Below are positions 37,813 through 48,025 of a DNA stretch of 64,000 nucleotides, piece after piece. Made by a program: the position numbers and the translations under genes. This DNA is from an uncultured Bacillales bacterium. Lineage in GTDB: Bacteria; Bacillota_I; Bacilli_A; RF39; UBA660. The stretch spans positions 7,034 to 71,033 of the forward strand of contig CAMOSQ010000004.1 in assembly GCA_946624985.1 (NCBI GenBank), read 5' to 3'. Every line of letters starts with the position of its first letter. The first letter of the stretch is position 1. The notes beneath the pieces are model-generated. The model was not told the DNA's origin, did not search any database, and saw only the letters and a program-made list of their open reading frames with translations.

Positions 37813-38658
37813 ATGGATATAAAAATTGAAGAAAATGAAACAATAGAAGAAGAAATATTAGAGCAAACAAAAGAAAAAAAAATAATAAAAATAATAAAAA
37901 TAATAGCAACAATAATAATAACAATTTTTCTTGTAATTATATATGCAAGATTCAAAGCAACAACAGGACTTCAAATAAAAGAATACAAAATTACAAACGA
38001 TAAGATTCCAGAAAACTTTCATGGAACAAAACTTATACAGATATCAGATATACACTATGGAAATACTGTAGACATAAATACGCTTAAAGATATTGTAAAA
38101 CAAATAAATATACTAAAACCAGATATATTAGTTTTAACAGGTGACCTACTTGATAAAGAAATAAATGAAGAAGAAAAAAATGAAATAATAAATACACTAA
38201 AAGATATAAAAGTATCAATAGATTCATATGCTATAAAAGGAGATAAAGACTATAATGAAGAACTATGGAATGAAATAATTACACAAAGTGGCTTCATAAA
38301 CCTAAATAACCAAGAAAAATATATATATCAAAAAACAAACTCACCTATAATAATAAGCAACACCGACACAAAACATGAAAACACATATACAATATATGTA
38401 TTACATGAACCAGATAAAGTTGATGAATTAAAAAATAAATTTGATCTAATACTTGCAGGTCACTCACTAAATGGACAAATAAATATACCTATAATAAAAA
38501 ACTTATTATTACAAGAAGGTTCAAAAAAATACTACAAAAATCACTATACAATAAATGATACAGACCTATATATATCAAGTGGAATTGGAACAACAAATTT
38601 CAAATATAGATTATTTAATAAACCATCAATAAATTTATATAGACTAACAAAATACTAA
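37813..38658 (+). CDS. membrane-anchored metallophosphoesterase
   Basis: Motifs ISDIHYG, TGDLLD and GHSLNGQ. Confidence 0.75.
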   Translation: MDIKIEENETIEEEILEQTKEKKIIKIIKIIATIIITIFLVIIYARFKATTGLQIKEYKITNDKIPENFHGTKLIQISDIHYGNTVDINTLKDIVKQINILKPDILVLTGDLLDKEINEEEKNEIINTLKDIKVSIDSYAIKGDKDYNEELWNEIITQSGFINLNNQEKYIYQKTNSPIIISNTDTKHENTYTIYVLHEPDKVDELKNKFDLILAGHSLNGQINIPIIKNLLLQEGSKKYYKNHYTINDTDLYISSGIGTTNFKYRLFNKPSINLYRLTKY

Positions 38659-38699
38659 AGGAGATCTTATATTGTAACGGAAAAAAACTAAAAAATAAT

Positions 38700-38813
38700 T
38701 TAGTTTTTTATATTTTTACTATTCCTAAATCTATTAATTAAAGTTTCCATCTTAATATAAGCAAGATCATTTAACATATCACTAAAAATACTTTCAATAT
38801 GATGTTTATCCAC
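38700..38813 (-). CDS. 37-aa orphan ORF (MDKHHIESIFSDMLNDLAYIKMETLINRFRNSKNIKN)
   Basis: GTG start after GAGGTGA, followed by the hairpin aaaaactaaa-ttatt-tttagttttt plus a U-run. I recognised no family. Confidence 0.3.
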   Translation of the reverse strand: MDKHHIESIFSDMLNDLAYIKMETLINRFRNSKNIKN

Positions 38814-38949
38814 CCTATCACCTCGTAAATAAGAATATCACTATATAAACTATGTTTCTACAAATTCGACAAAACTAGAAAATATTAGAACTAAATATTT
38901 ACTTCTTGAAAAATATGCATTCTTCTAGTATAATTATTGTGGTGAGATT

Positions 38950-39522
38950 ATGCATTATCCAAAAGGCGTAAAAATAGCACAAACAAAAGATGTTAATTAT
39001 GGTAATAGAGGAATGAACCTAGAAAACGATTTAAACGAAACAAACACATACTATCTATTACACGATATTGCAGTCATACATAAAAAACCTACTCCAATCA
39101 CAATAAAAAAAGTAGATTATAAAAGTAGAAACGACGCAATAATAAAAGAAGCTAGATTTAAAATTCCATCAACAACAGACTATAATGGAATCTATAAAGG
39201 AAAATACATAGACTTTGAAGCAAAAGAAACAAAAAATAAAACAAGCTTTCCCCTTTCCAACATACACAAACATCAAATAGAACATTTAAAAAGCATAATT
39301 CGACATGGTGGCATTGCATTTTTAATAGTAAGATTCATATTCTATAATAAGACATATTATTTAGATGCAAAAGACTTTTTATTATTTATAGAAAATAACG
39401 AAAGAAAATCAATACCATACGATTTTTTTGAAGAAAAAGGATACATAATCACTGAAAAATATAATCCAAGAATTGATTATATTAAAATTATTGATAGAAT
39501 ATATTTCAAGGAGGTACTATGA
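38950..39522 (+). CDS. recU: Holliday junction resolvase RecU
   Basis: RecU-typical sequence (YGNRGMNLENDLNETN...DYNGIYKGKYIDFEAKET). 4-nt overlap with ponA. Confidence 0.9.
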   Translation: MHYPKGVKIAQTKDVNYGNRGMNLENDLNETNTYYLLHDIAVIHKKPTPITIKKVDYKSRNDAIIKEARFKIPSTTDYNGIYKGKYIDFEAKETKNKTSFPLSNIHKHQIEHLKSIIRHGGIAFLIVRFIFYNKTYYLDAKDFLLFIENNERKSIPYDFFEEKGYIITEKYNPRIDYIKIIDRIYFKEVL

Positions 39523-42383
39523 AAAACAAAAAGAAAAACGAAACAAAAAACAAAAATAATAATAAAAATGAAGTAAAAAATAATAAACCAAAACAAATTA
39601 AAAATCAAACAAAAAATACGCAGCACATACAAAGCACACAAAAAAAGGAAAACAAAAAAAATGAAAACAACAAAAAAGAAAAAAACAAAAAAATAAAACT
39701 ATTAATTATTAAAATATTATTAATTGCGATAATTTTAGGAATAATTATAAGTATTATAGCAGCAGTAATATTCTTTTCAATAATAGTTAAAGAAGCACCA
39801 GAATTCAATCCTAAAAATCTATATAAACAAGAATCATCAATAGTATATGACAAAAAAGGAAATGAAATAGCAAAAATAGGATCTGAAAAAAGAGAAAAAA
39901 TAGAATATAAAGATATGCCTCAAATACTAATAGATGCAATAGTAGCAACAGAAGACTCTACATTCTTTCAACATAATGGATTTAACGCAGCAAGATTCTT
40001 AAAAGCAACTCTTAGTCAGGTTATTGGTGGTGGCGGAGGTGGTGCCTCTACCCTAACAATGCAAGTATCAAAAAATGCATATACATCTAATGTATCAAGT
40101 GGTTTCGAAGGAATAAAAAGAAAATTTACAGATATATATCTATCAATATTTAAAATCGAAAAAGCATACACAAAAGAAGAAATCCTAGAATTCTATGTCA
40201 ACTCATACTATATGGGTGGTGGTGCATATGGTGTTGAACAGGCATGCCAAAACTACTTTGGAAAATCAGTAAATAATATAAATCTATCAGAAGCAGCTAT
40301 GCTAGCAGGTATATATCAAGCGCCAGGATACTATGATCCAACAATATACCCTGAAAACACAGAAGCAAGAAGAAAAACTGTATTAAACTTAATGCTAAGA
40401 CATGGATACATTACAGAAGAAGAAAAAGCAATAGCAGAAAAAATGACAGTAGAAAAAATACTAAACACAAAACACACAGATGGAAACGATCAAATTAATC
40501 CAGTATATAAAGACTTCATAGATACACTAATTGAAGACGTAAAAGAAAAAACAGGCTATAACCCATATACAACACCAATGCTAATATACTCAACAATGGA
40601 TAACGAAAAACAAGAATATGTAACAAATGTTATGAATGGAAATAATTTTAATTGGGAAAATGATAAAGTTCAAGCAGGAGTTGCAGTAGTTGATACAAAC
40701 ACAGGTGAAATAGTCGCAATTGGAGCAGGAAGACATAGAGAAAATGAAATAGGATGGAACTATGCAACAATGAATAGAAGACACATTGGTTCAACAGCTA
40801 AACCACTATATGACTATGGACCTCTAATCGAATATAAAGACGCATCAACATATAAATTATTCTACGATGAACCATACACATACTCAAATGGTGTATCTAT
40901 GAATAACTGGGATGGTGGATACTCTGGAATTTTAAATATGAGAGATGCATTAAAAGTATCAAGAAACGTTCCAGCACTTAAAGCATTCCAAGAAAACGAC
41001 AATGCAAATATTTATGACTTTGTAACAAAACTTGGACTAAGTCCTGAAGAAAGCGAAGGTCACCTTCATGAAGCTCACGCAATTGGAGCATACGGAGATG
41101 GACAAACAACAGGAGAAAATCCACTATCTATGGCAGCAGCATATTCTGCATTCGCAAATGGTGGATACTATAACAAACCACACGCATTTACTAAAATAGT
41201 ATTTAGAAATAGCGATGAAGAATATGTATTTGACCCAGAAAAAAAACAAGTAATGAGTGATGCTACTGCATATATGGTTACAGATATGTTAGTATCAACT
41301 TCAGGATATACAACAAAAGCAACAAGTGTTAATGGAATTACCTATGCAAGTAAAACAGGAACATCAAACTTCCCAGATGAAATTCTAGAACAATATCACC
41401 TAGGATATAATGCAGTAAACGACTTATGGGTAGCAGGATACTCAAGAGACTTTGCTGTTGCAGTATGGTATGGATATGATCAAATTAGTAGTGAATACTA
41501 TAACAAAATGAGCAGTGGCGGAAATATAAATCTCTATAAAGAAATAATAAAAGGCGTATATACAGGTACAGAAAACTTTACAAAACCAAGTAGTGTTGTA
41601 AGCGTTACTGTTGAAAAACATTCACCAGGAAATGGACAATTACCTAGCCAATATACACCATCCGGATATACAACAACAGAACTTTATAAAGCAGGAACAG
41701 AGCCAACTACTGTATCAGAAAGATTTCAACAACTTCCAAATGTAACAAACCTAAAATCATCATTAAATGGAAACAAGATCACACTAAGTTGGAATGGTAT
41801 TGAAACACCAAACGCATTAAACAGAGACTACTTAAGAAATCAATACTCACAAATGTGTAAAAACGTTGAAGCATGTGTAAATATAATTATCGGTGAAGAT
41901 AGTTCAATGTTAGGAAATCTTGTATATAACATATATCAAAAAAACAGCGATGGATCATTAAAATATGTAGATTCTACAACAAACACATCAATCGAAAAGA
42001 ATGCACCACAAAATGCTGGAAATAAAGTAACATATGTAGTTAAAGCTGCATACTCAAACAACGATGGATTATCATCAGGAGGAGTAGAAACAAGCTTAGA
42101 TATTTCAAGTGCAATAAAAGAAATTATAACATCAAGCTTAGTTGGTGAAAAATCAATTGAAATAGGAGAAATGGAAACATATACTGATCCTGGAAAAAAT
42201 GGTGTAAAAGTTATGGAAGGAAATAAAAATGTAACAAACGACGCAAATATAACAATTACATACACATTAGATGGAAAATCCGTAACAGGAATTTCATCAG
42301 ATAGAGGAAAATATAAAATAACATATACAGTTAGCTACAAAGATCATAAAAATATATTAACAAGAGAAGTATTCTTAAAATAA
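39519..42383 (+). CDS. ponA: class A penicillin-binding protein (PBP1A) with a K/N-rich N-terminus and a long C-terminal extension
   Basis: Glycosyltransferase motifs EDSTFFQHNG and RKxxE, and transpeptidase motifs STAKP, SRN and KTGTS. Confidence 0.93.
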   Translation: MKNKKKNETKNKNNNKNEVKNNKPKQIKNQTKNTQHIQSTQKKENKKNENNKKEKNKKIKLLIIKILLIAIILGIIISIIAAVIFFSIIVKEAPEFNPKNLYKQESSIVYDKKGNEIAKIGSEKREKIEYKDMPQILIDAIVATEDSTFFQHNGFNAARFLKATLSQVIGGGGGGASTLTMQVSKNAYTSNVSSGFEGIKRKFTDIYLSIFKIEKAYTKEEILEFYVNSYYMGGGAYGVEQACQNYFGKSVNNINLSEAAMLAGIYQAPGYYDPTIYPENTEARRKTVLNLMLRHGYITEEEKAIAEKMTVEKILNTKHTDGNDQINPVYKDFIDTLIEDVKEKTGYNPYTTPMLIYSTMDNEKQEYVTNVMNGNNFNWENDKVQAGVAVVDTNTGEIVAIGAGRHRENEIGWNYATMNRRHIGSTAKPLYDYGPLIEYKDASTYKLFYDEPYTYSNGVSMNNWDGGYSGILNMRDALKVSRNVPALKAFQENDNANIYDFVTKLGLSPEESEGHLHEAHAIGAYGDGQTTGENPLSMAAAYSAFANGGYYNKPHAFTKIVFRNSDEEYVFDPEKKQVMSDATAYMVTDMLVSTSGYTTKATSVNGITYASKTGTSNFPDEILEQYHLGYNAVNDLWVAGYSRDFAVAVWYGYDQISSEYYNKMSSGGNINLYKEIIKGVYTGTENFTKPSSVVSVTVEKHSPGNGQLPSQYTPSGYTTTELYKAGTEPTTVSERFQQLPNVTNLKSSLNGNKITLSWNGIETPNALNRDYLRNQYSQMCKNVEACVNIIIGEDSSMLGNLVYNIYQKNSDGSLKYVDSTTNTSIEKNAPQNAGNKVTYVVKAAYSNNDGLSSGGVETSLDISSAIKEIITSSLVGEKSIEIGEMETYTDPGKNGVKVMEGNKNVTNDANITITYTLDGKSVTGISSDRGKYKITYTVSYKDHKNILTREVFLK

Positions 42384-42409
42384 AAAATGTGGAAAAAATC
42401 CACATTTTT

Positions 42410-44290
42410 TTATTTAGAAATAATTTCACATACCAAATTACTAATCTCAGTTGGATTATCTATAGAAAGACCTTCAATTAATCTTGCCTGAGAATAAAGT
42501 ATCTTAGCATACTTAGACAATAATTCCTTATCATTATCATATAATTCCTTCAATTTTAAAGCAATGTCATGATTCTCATTTATCTCAAGAACTAAATCCG
42601 CCTTAACTTTTTCATCATTTGGCATTGCATTAATAACCTTCTCCATTTCAGCAGATATTCCGCCCTTAGAAGTCAAACAAATAGGATGAGACTTTAATCT
42701 TGAAGTAAACTTAATATCACTTACCTGATCATCTAAAGAAGACTTCATATACTCAAAAATATCCTTATAAAGAACATTCTTCTCTTCAACTTTCTTCTTT
42801 TCATCATCACTACCTAAATCAAGTTCATTAGAACAAACATTCATAAAATGCTTACCTTCATATTCCATTAAAACCTGTATCACAAACTCATCGACATAAT
42901 CAGTTAAATATAAAATATCATATCCTTTGCTCTTAACCAATTCTACCTGAGGTAAAGAAGAAACCTTAGAAACATTTTCACCAGAAGCATAATAAATATC
43001 TTTCTGATCTTTATCCATCGATAAAACATAATCATTCAATGTAATATAATCCTCTTTATTAGAAGAATAAAATAAAACCAAATCCTGTAATTTATCCTTA
43101 TCCATTCCATAATTATTATAAATACCAAACTTAATTTGAACACCAAATATCTTAAAAAATTTTTTATACTCCTCAAAATCATTTTTAAGCATATTAGATA
43201 GTTCATTCTTAATCTTATTTTCTATACTCTTCGCAATAACCTTAATATTTCTATCCTGCTGTAAAGTCTCGCGAGATATATTCAAAGATAAATCCTGTGT
43301 ATCAACTATACCTCTAACAAAACTAAAATAATCAGGTAATAATTCACTACACTTATCCATTATTAATACTCCATTAGAATATAATTGTAAACCTTTCTCA
43401 TACTCCTTAGTATAAAAATCATATGGTGCATGACTAGGAATAAATAATAAAGAATTATAACTACATTGTCCTTCAACAGAAGAATGAATAACCTTCAAAG
43501 GTTTTTCATAATCAAAAAACTTATCAGAATAAAAATTATTATATTCCTCTTCTGTTATTTCACTCTTCTTCTTTTTCCAAATAGGAATCATACTGTTAAG
43601 AGTTTCATCCTGAGTTGAATCTATATACTCATCATCAGTACCCTCTTTCAAAACACGATTATTAACCTTCATAATAATAGGATAATTAATATAATCAGAA
43701 TATTTTTTAATAATACTCCTTATCTTATATTCTTCCAAAAATTCACTATACTTAAAATCATCATCATCTTCCTTTAAATACAAAGTTATAATAGTTCCAT
43801 AACCATCCTTAGAAGACTCCTCTATCGTATATCCATCACAACCATTAGACTTCCATAAATAAGCTTTATCAGAACCATATGGCCTAGATAAAACAGAAAT
43901 ACTATTACTAACCATAAAAGCAGAATAAAAACCAACACCAAATTGACCTATCAAATTAACATCAGTTTGTTCACTATTTTCTTGCTTAAAAGAATAAGAA
44001 TCACTTTGAGCAATAACACCCAAATAATCATTCAATTCCTTTTCATTCATACCACACCCATTATCACTAATTGATAATGTCCTCAAATCCTTATCAACAG
44101 AAATTCTAATATTCAAATTCTTTTTATCAAGTTTAATACTTGAATCTGTAAGAGACCTATAATAAATTTTATCAATTGCATCACTTGCATTAGAAATCAA
44201 TTCCCTTAAAAAAATCTCCTTATTTGTATAAATAGAATTAATCATCATATCCAATAATTTCTTTGATTCAGCTTTAAACTTTTTTTTCAT
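42410..44290 (-). CDS. htpG: chaperone HtpG (Hsp90)
   Basis: FLRELISNASDA and GQFGVGFYSAF motifs. Confidence 0.95.
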   Translation of the reverse strand: MKKKFKAESKKLLDMMINSIYTNKEIFLRELISNASDAIDKIYYRSLTDSSIKLDKKNLNIRISVDKDLRTLSISDNGCGMNEKELNDYLGVIAQSDSYSFKQENSEQTDVNLIGQFGVGFYSAFMVSNSISVLSRPYGSDKAYLWKSNGCDGYTIEESSKDGYGTIITLYLKEDDDDFKYSEFLEEYKIRSIIKKYSDYINYPIIMKVNNRVLKEGTDDEYIDSTQDETLNSMIPIWKKKKSEITEEEYNNFYSDKFFDYEKPLKVIHSSVEGQCSYNSLLFIPSHAPYDFYTKEYEKGLQLYSNGVLIMDKCSELLPDYFSFVRGIVDTQDLSLNISRETLQQDRNIKVIAKSIENKIKNELSNMLKNDFEEYKKFFKIFGVQIKFGIYNNYGMDKDKLQDLVLFYSSNKEDYITLNDYVLSMDKDQKDIYYASGENVSKVSSLPQVELVKSKGYDILYLTDYVDEFVIQVLMEYEGKHFMNVCSNELDLGSDDEKKKVEEKNVLYKDIFEYMKSSLDDQVSDIKFTSRLKSHPICLTSKGGISAEMEKVINAMPNDEKVKADLVLEINENHDIALKLKELYDNDKELLSKYAKILYSQARLIEGLSIDNPTEISNLVCEIISK

Positions 44291-44333
44291 AAATACCCTC
44301 CTTGACCATCACAAATATAATTATACTACTTTT

Positions 44334-44360
44334 TTGGCACTTGTCAACAAAGAGTGCTAA
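44334..44360. promoter_or_regulatory. CIRCE (HrcA operator) overlapping the htpG promoter
   Basis: ttggcactt-gtcaacaaa-gagtgctaa compared with the consensus TTAGCACTC-N9-GAGTGCTAA. It overlaps the -35 TTGACA (44347..44342); the -10 TATAAT is at 44325..44320. Confidence 0.75.
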
Positions 44361-44367
44361 AAAGATG

Positions 44368-44979
44368 TCATTTTTTTAAACAACACCTTTTTTTTAATCT
44401 ACATTCAAAGCAACTTGGATTTTTTGACTTACAATAATATCTTCCAAATAACACCAATTGATGATGAAGTCTACCTAAACTTTCTTTAGGGAAAAAATCA
44501 TTAAGTTTCTTTTCAATCACTAAAACATCATCAGCAACATCAGCAATTCCTAATCTTACACTAACACGAGCAACATGCGTATCAACAGCAATCAATTTTT
44601 CATTATAAATATTACTTAAAACAACATTCGTTGTCTTTCTTCCAACACCAGGCAAAGACTCTAAAAAAATTCTATCATTAGGAACAAAACCACCAACATC
44701 TAATAATTTTTGAGCAATTAAAATAACATTTTTTGCTTTCTTATTAAACGTTCCAATTGGCCTAATAATATTAATTATATCATCAAAATCAGCACAAGCT
44801 AAATCATTAAGAGTTGGATACCTATTAAATAAAACACTAGTAACACTATTAACTTTCTTATCAGTAGTCTGAGCACTAAGCATAGTAGCAATCAATAATT
44901 CATAATCCTTACTATAATTAAGTTCACACCTTGGATTAGGAATTAAATAATCTAAATACTCAATTATTTCATTCATCAT
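44368..44979 (-). CDS. nth: endonuclease III
   Basis: HhH-GPD motif (LPGVGRKTTNVV) and a C-terminal 4Fe-4S Cys cluster. Confidence 0.92.
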   Translation of the reverse strand: MMNEIIEYLDYLIPNPRCELNYSKDYELLIATMLSAQTTDKKVNSVTSVLFNRYPTLNDLACADFDDIINIIRPIGTFNKKAKNVILIAQKLLDVGGFVPNDRIFLESLPGVGRKTTNVVLSNIYNEKLIAVDTHVARVSVRLGIADVADDVLVIEKKLNDFFPKESLGRLHHQLVLFGRYYCKSKNPSCFECRLKKRCCLKK

Positions 44980-45604
44980 TTAACCAATCATAATTAAGAA
45001 TATCAGCCTCTGGAACTTCTTTTTTCTTTCTAAAATTTGCCCTATTTTTTTCAACATCAGCAGCAGTCTTAATTCCTTTCTTAGACCATTCACTTAAAAT
45101 CTTATCAATATACCTCAGATGTTTAGCGCCATTCCATATAGCGTCCTTTAAAGCTAATAAAATAGTTTCCTCACTATAACCACTATCAAGCCAAGCACCT
45201 ATTATTTCACACTCCATCGGAGACAATGACCTTCCAAACTCAGAAATAAAAGAATCATAAATAGTTGTTTTTGTTTCCTCTTTCTCATCAATCAACAAAC
45301 ACGAAAGTTTATCATATAAACCATCAAGACTAACAACTTCCTTTCGAATATTACCATTTTTCTTAATTTCAAGTTTAATTATTCCCTTCGAACTAAGACT
45401 ATCCATGCACTCCATAACTTTATTAAATGGCATTCCAACATCATCACTGATTTTTTTTGGATTAAATGTCAAATCAACATTAATTAAATACACGAGAAAA
45501 ACCAACTCATCAGATGTAATACCTATTTTATTATAATAAAAAAACAAAACTCTAGGTATTAAAATATCACGATATGATAATATATCCTTCAATTTTTCAG
45601 TCAT
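44969..45604 (-). CDS. dnaD: replication initiation/membrane attachment protein DnaD
   Basis: DnaD/DnaB-2 C-terminal domain (LSPMECEIIGAWLD...ILSEWSKKGIKT). dnaD-nth synteny as in Bacillus. Confidence 0.8.
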   Translation of the reverse strand: MTEKLKDILSYRDILIPRVLFFYYNKIGITSDELVFLVYLINVDLTFNPKKISDDVGMPFNKVMECMDSLSSKGIIKLEIKKNGNIRKEVVSLDGLYDKLSCLLIDEKEETKTTIYDSFISEFGRSLSPMECEIIGAWLDSGYSEETILLALKDAIWNGAKHLRYIDKILSEWSKKGIKTAADVEKNRANFRKKKEVPEADILNYDWLNDE

Positions 45605-45663
45605 TATAATCACCATAAAATATTATACATTACGAAAAAAATAAAAACAATAAAAAAAAATAA

Positions 45664-46746
45664 TTATTGATAATTATAAGTATCAATAATATATTTTATA
45701 ATTTCATTCTTTTTATTAGGTAATTCGCCATATACAATTTTCTTCTCAATATCTAAATAAATATTACCAACCATATAACTATTAACATCAACCTTATCAC
45801 ATATATCAAAAAAATCAATATCAATATCATCTCTATCCTTAATAGGAAGAGAAGAATATAACCCAACAATATCAATATCATCATTTTTAATCTTAGAAAC
45901 AACCTTAAAAATATCAATGCCATACAAATATAAATCATAAAGTTCAAAAGGAATATTAATTAAATCTTTAATCTTAAAAATCTTATACTTTTCAGCCTTA
46001 GAAAAATTATATGAATTATCAGTAATTACCTGCGCCCACATACCACACAAATCATCAACAATTACTACATCACTAATATCTATATTAAGAAATTTTTCAA
46101 GACCATACCTTCTAATTAAATCAATCCCATACTTAGAATTAACACTAGAAAAAATTTTATCAAGCTCACTCTTTTTCCTATCATAAGATAAATTTAACAA
46201 AGAAGACTTATACTTTTCGATGGCACTAGATAAATAAGGATCAATATCAAAATTTAAAATAGTCGCAAATCTTACAGCCCTAAGAATTCTAAGAGAATCC
46301 TGACATATTCTTTTCTTAGAACCTATTAACTTAATAAGTCTATGATTAATATCAATACGAGCATTCATATTATCAACAAATAATCCATTATAGTCAATAC
46401 ATAAGGTATTAACCGTAAAATCCCTTCTCTTCAAATCAGACATAAGACTATTCACAAATTTAACACTACTTGGAAATCTATTTTTTATATACTTAGAATC
46501 CCTACGAAAAGTAGTAACATCAAAATTATAATCCTTATATTCTAATATATAAGAGCCATGCTTTTTATTCTTAACGCAAGAAAAAATACTACTCAAATCA
46601 TTAAAAGAAGCACTAGTACAAATATCCACATCATCAGAAATCATGCCTAAATAATAATCTCTAGGAAAACCACCAACAATATAAGAAACAAACCCAGATT
46701 TATATAAAATTCTTAAAACTTCTAAAGCTACATCATACTTATCCAT
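45664..46746 (-). CDS. cca: CCA-adding enzyme / poly(A) polymerase family nucleotidyltransferase
   Basis: GGFPRDYYLG...DDVDI and RRDFTVN motifs. Confidence 0.8.
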   Translation of the reverse strand: MDKYDVALEVLRILYKSGFVSYIVGGFPRDYYLGMISDDVDICTSASFNDLSSIFSCVKNKKHGSYILEYKDYNFDVTTFRRDSKYIKNRFPSSVKFVNSLMSDLKRRDFTVNTLCIDYNGLFVDNMNARIDINHRLIKLIGSKKRICQDSLRILRAVRFATILNFDIDPYLSSAIEKYKSSLLNLSYDRKKSELDKIFSSVNSKYGIDLIRRYGLEKFLNIDISDVVIVDDLCGMWAQVITDNSYNFSKAEKYKIFKIKDLINIPFELYDLYLYGIDIFKVVSKIKNDDIDIVGLYSSLPIKDRDDIDIDFFDICDKVDVNSYMVGNIYLDIEKKIVYGELPNKKNEIIKYIIDTYNYQ

Positions 46747-46793
46747 ATTACACCTAAAAAAATAAAAAGGCTATAATAGCCTTCATTACTAAA

Positions 46794-47066
46794 TTAGTTT
46801 AAAGCTTCTTTTAATTTAGATCCAGCTTTAATTTTAGCAACATTCTTTGCAGCAACTGGTACTTCTTTTCCAGTTCTTGGATTTCTAGCAGTAGTAGCAG
46901 CTTTGTGAACTTTTTCGAAAGTAGCAAAACCTGTTAAAGTTACTTTACCCTCTTTCTTTAATCCATTTATAACACCATTCATCATAGCCTCTAAAGCACG
47001 AGATGAATCTGCCTTTGTTAATCCTGTTTCTTCTGCAATAAAACTAACTAAATCTGTTTTTGTCAT
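46794..47066 (-). CDS. hup: DNA-binding protein HU
   Basis: 90 aa, with GFATFEKVHKAATTARNPRTG typical of HU. Confidence 0.95.
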   Translation of the reverse strand: MTKTDLVSFIAEETGLTKADSSRALEAMMNGVINGLKKEGKVTLTGFATFEKVHKAATTARNPRTGKEVPVAAKNVAKIKAGSKLKEALN

Positions 47067-47147
47067 TAAAAATACCTCCTATTGTTAAGCTCTATTTTGC
47101 TTACATTCTAAGAATACCATTTTTTTTATATAAAATCAACAATATTA

Positions 47148-47978
47148 TTAAATTTTTTTAATATTTATAACATTTATATTATAACTATATATATCATTTA
47201 ATTTAGTTAGATTAGACTTTCTAGACAATTTAACAATACCACTACTTATTAACAAATCAGCTTTACCATACCTTTTTTTACCACGAACACACTTAGGAAA
47301 TAAAGACTTATAAGGAGAAACAATACCAAAACTACCCGGAAAAAATGAAGGTATCATCCCACCATGTGTATGACCACAAAGAACCAAATCAATTAAATTA
47401 AATCCTTTAATTATTTTATAATTATCATTAACAGTAATCATTGAAGGTGTATGAAGAAGCAGAATATTATAACCATTCAAATTATTAATTAAATTAGATA
47501 ATTCATTATTATACTTTATGCTATTTTTCTCCTTAAAATCATAATAATACTTAAAATCAGGATTATAACCTATAAAATTAATACCATTTTCACTATATAC
47601 TTCATTATTTAGAATTATCATATTATCATTCTTAATATTAAGTAACCAATCAATATCCAATATTTCACAATATTTTTTTCCTTTTTTAACTATAAAATCA
47701 TGATTTCCCAAAGAAACAATAACCTTATATTTAGAAGATAACCTTTTTAACCAGTCAATAAAAAAACTAAATTCATCACTAGAAACAATATCATACTCAT
47801 CTATTAAATCTCCAACAATACAAACATAATCAGGATTAATAACATCTATTTTATCCAATACATTACGTAACCTACTAATCTTATAATTATAAGAAAAATG
47901 AATATCAGATATCTGAACAATTTTAACATTACAATTTTTATAAGTATTAATATCATACACTTTTTTATCCATTCGCAT
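47148..47978 (-). CDS. metallophosphoesterase
   Basis: Motifs ISDIHFS, VGDLID, GNHD and CGHTHGG. Confidence 0.75.
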   Translation of the reverse strand: MRMDKKVYDINTYKNCNVKIVQISDIHFSYNYKISRLRNVLDKIDVINPDYVCIVGDLIDEYDIVSSDEFSFFIDWLKRLSSKYKVIVSLGNHDFIVKKGKKYCEILDIDWLLNIKNDNMIILNNEVYSENGINFIGYNPDFKYYYDFKEKNSIKYNNELSNLINNLNGYNILLLHTPSMITVNDNYKIIKGFNLIDLVLCGHTHGGMIPSFFPGSFGIVSPYKSLFPKCVRGKKRYGKADLLISSGIVKLSRKSNLTKLNDIYSYNINVINIKKI

Positions 47979-48025
47979 AAAAAATCACCTAAAAAATTAT
48001 AACACAAAAAGATGATAAAATCATC

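Noticed and set aside
39519-39720. Repetitive aaaaacaaaaa/aataataaaaa tracts that look like a tandem or CRISPR-like repeat.
   Set aside because: The region lies within the ponA reading frame and encodes a Lys/Asn-rich cytoplasmic N-terminal tail. There is no spacer-repeat periodicity.
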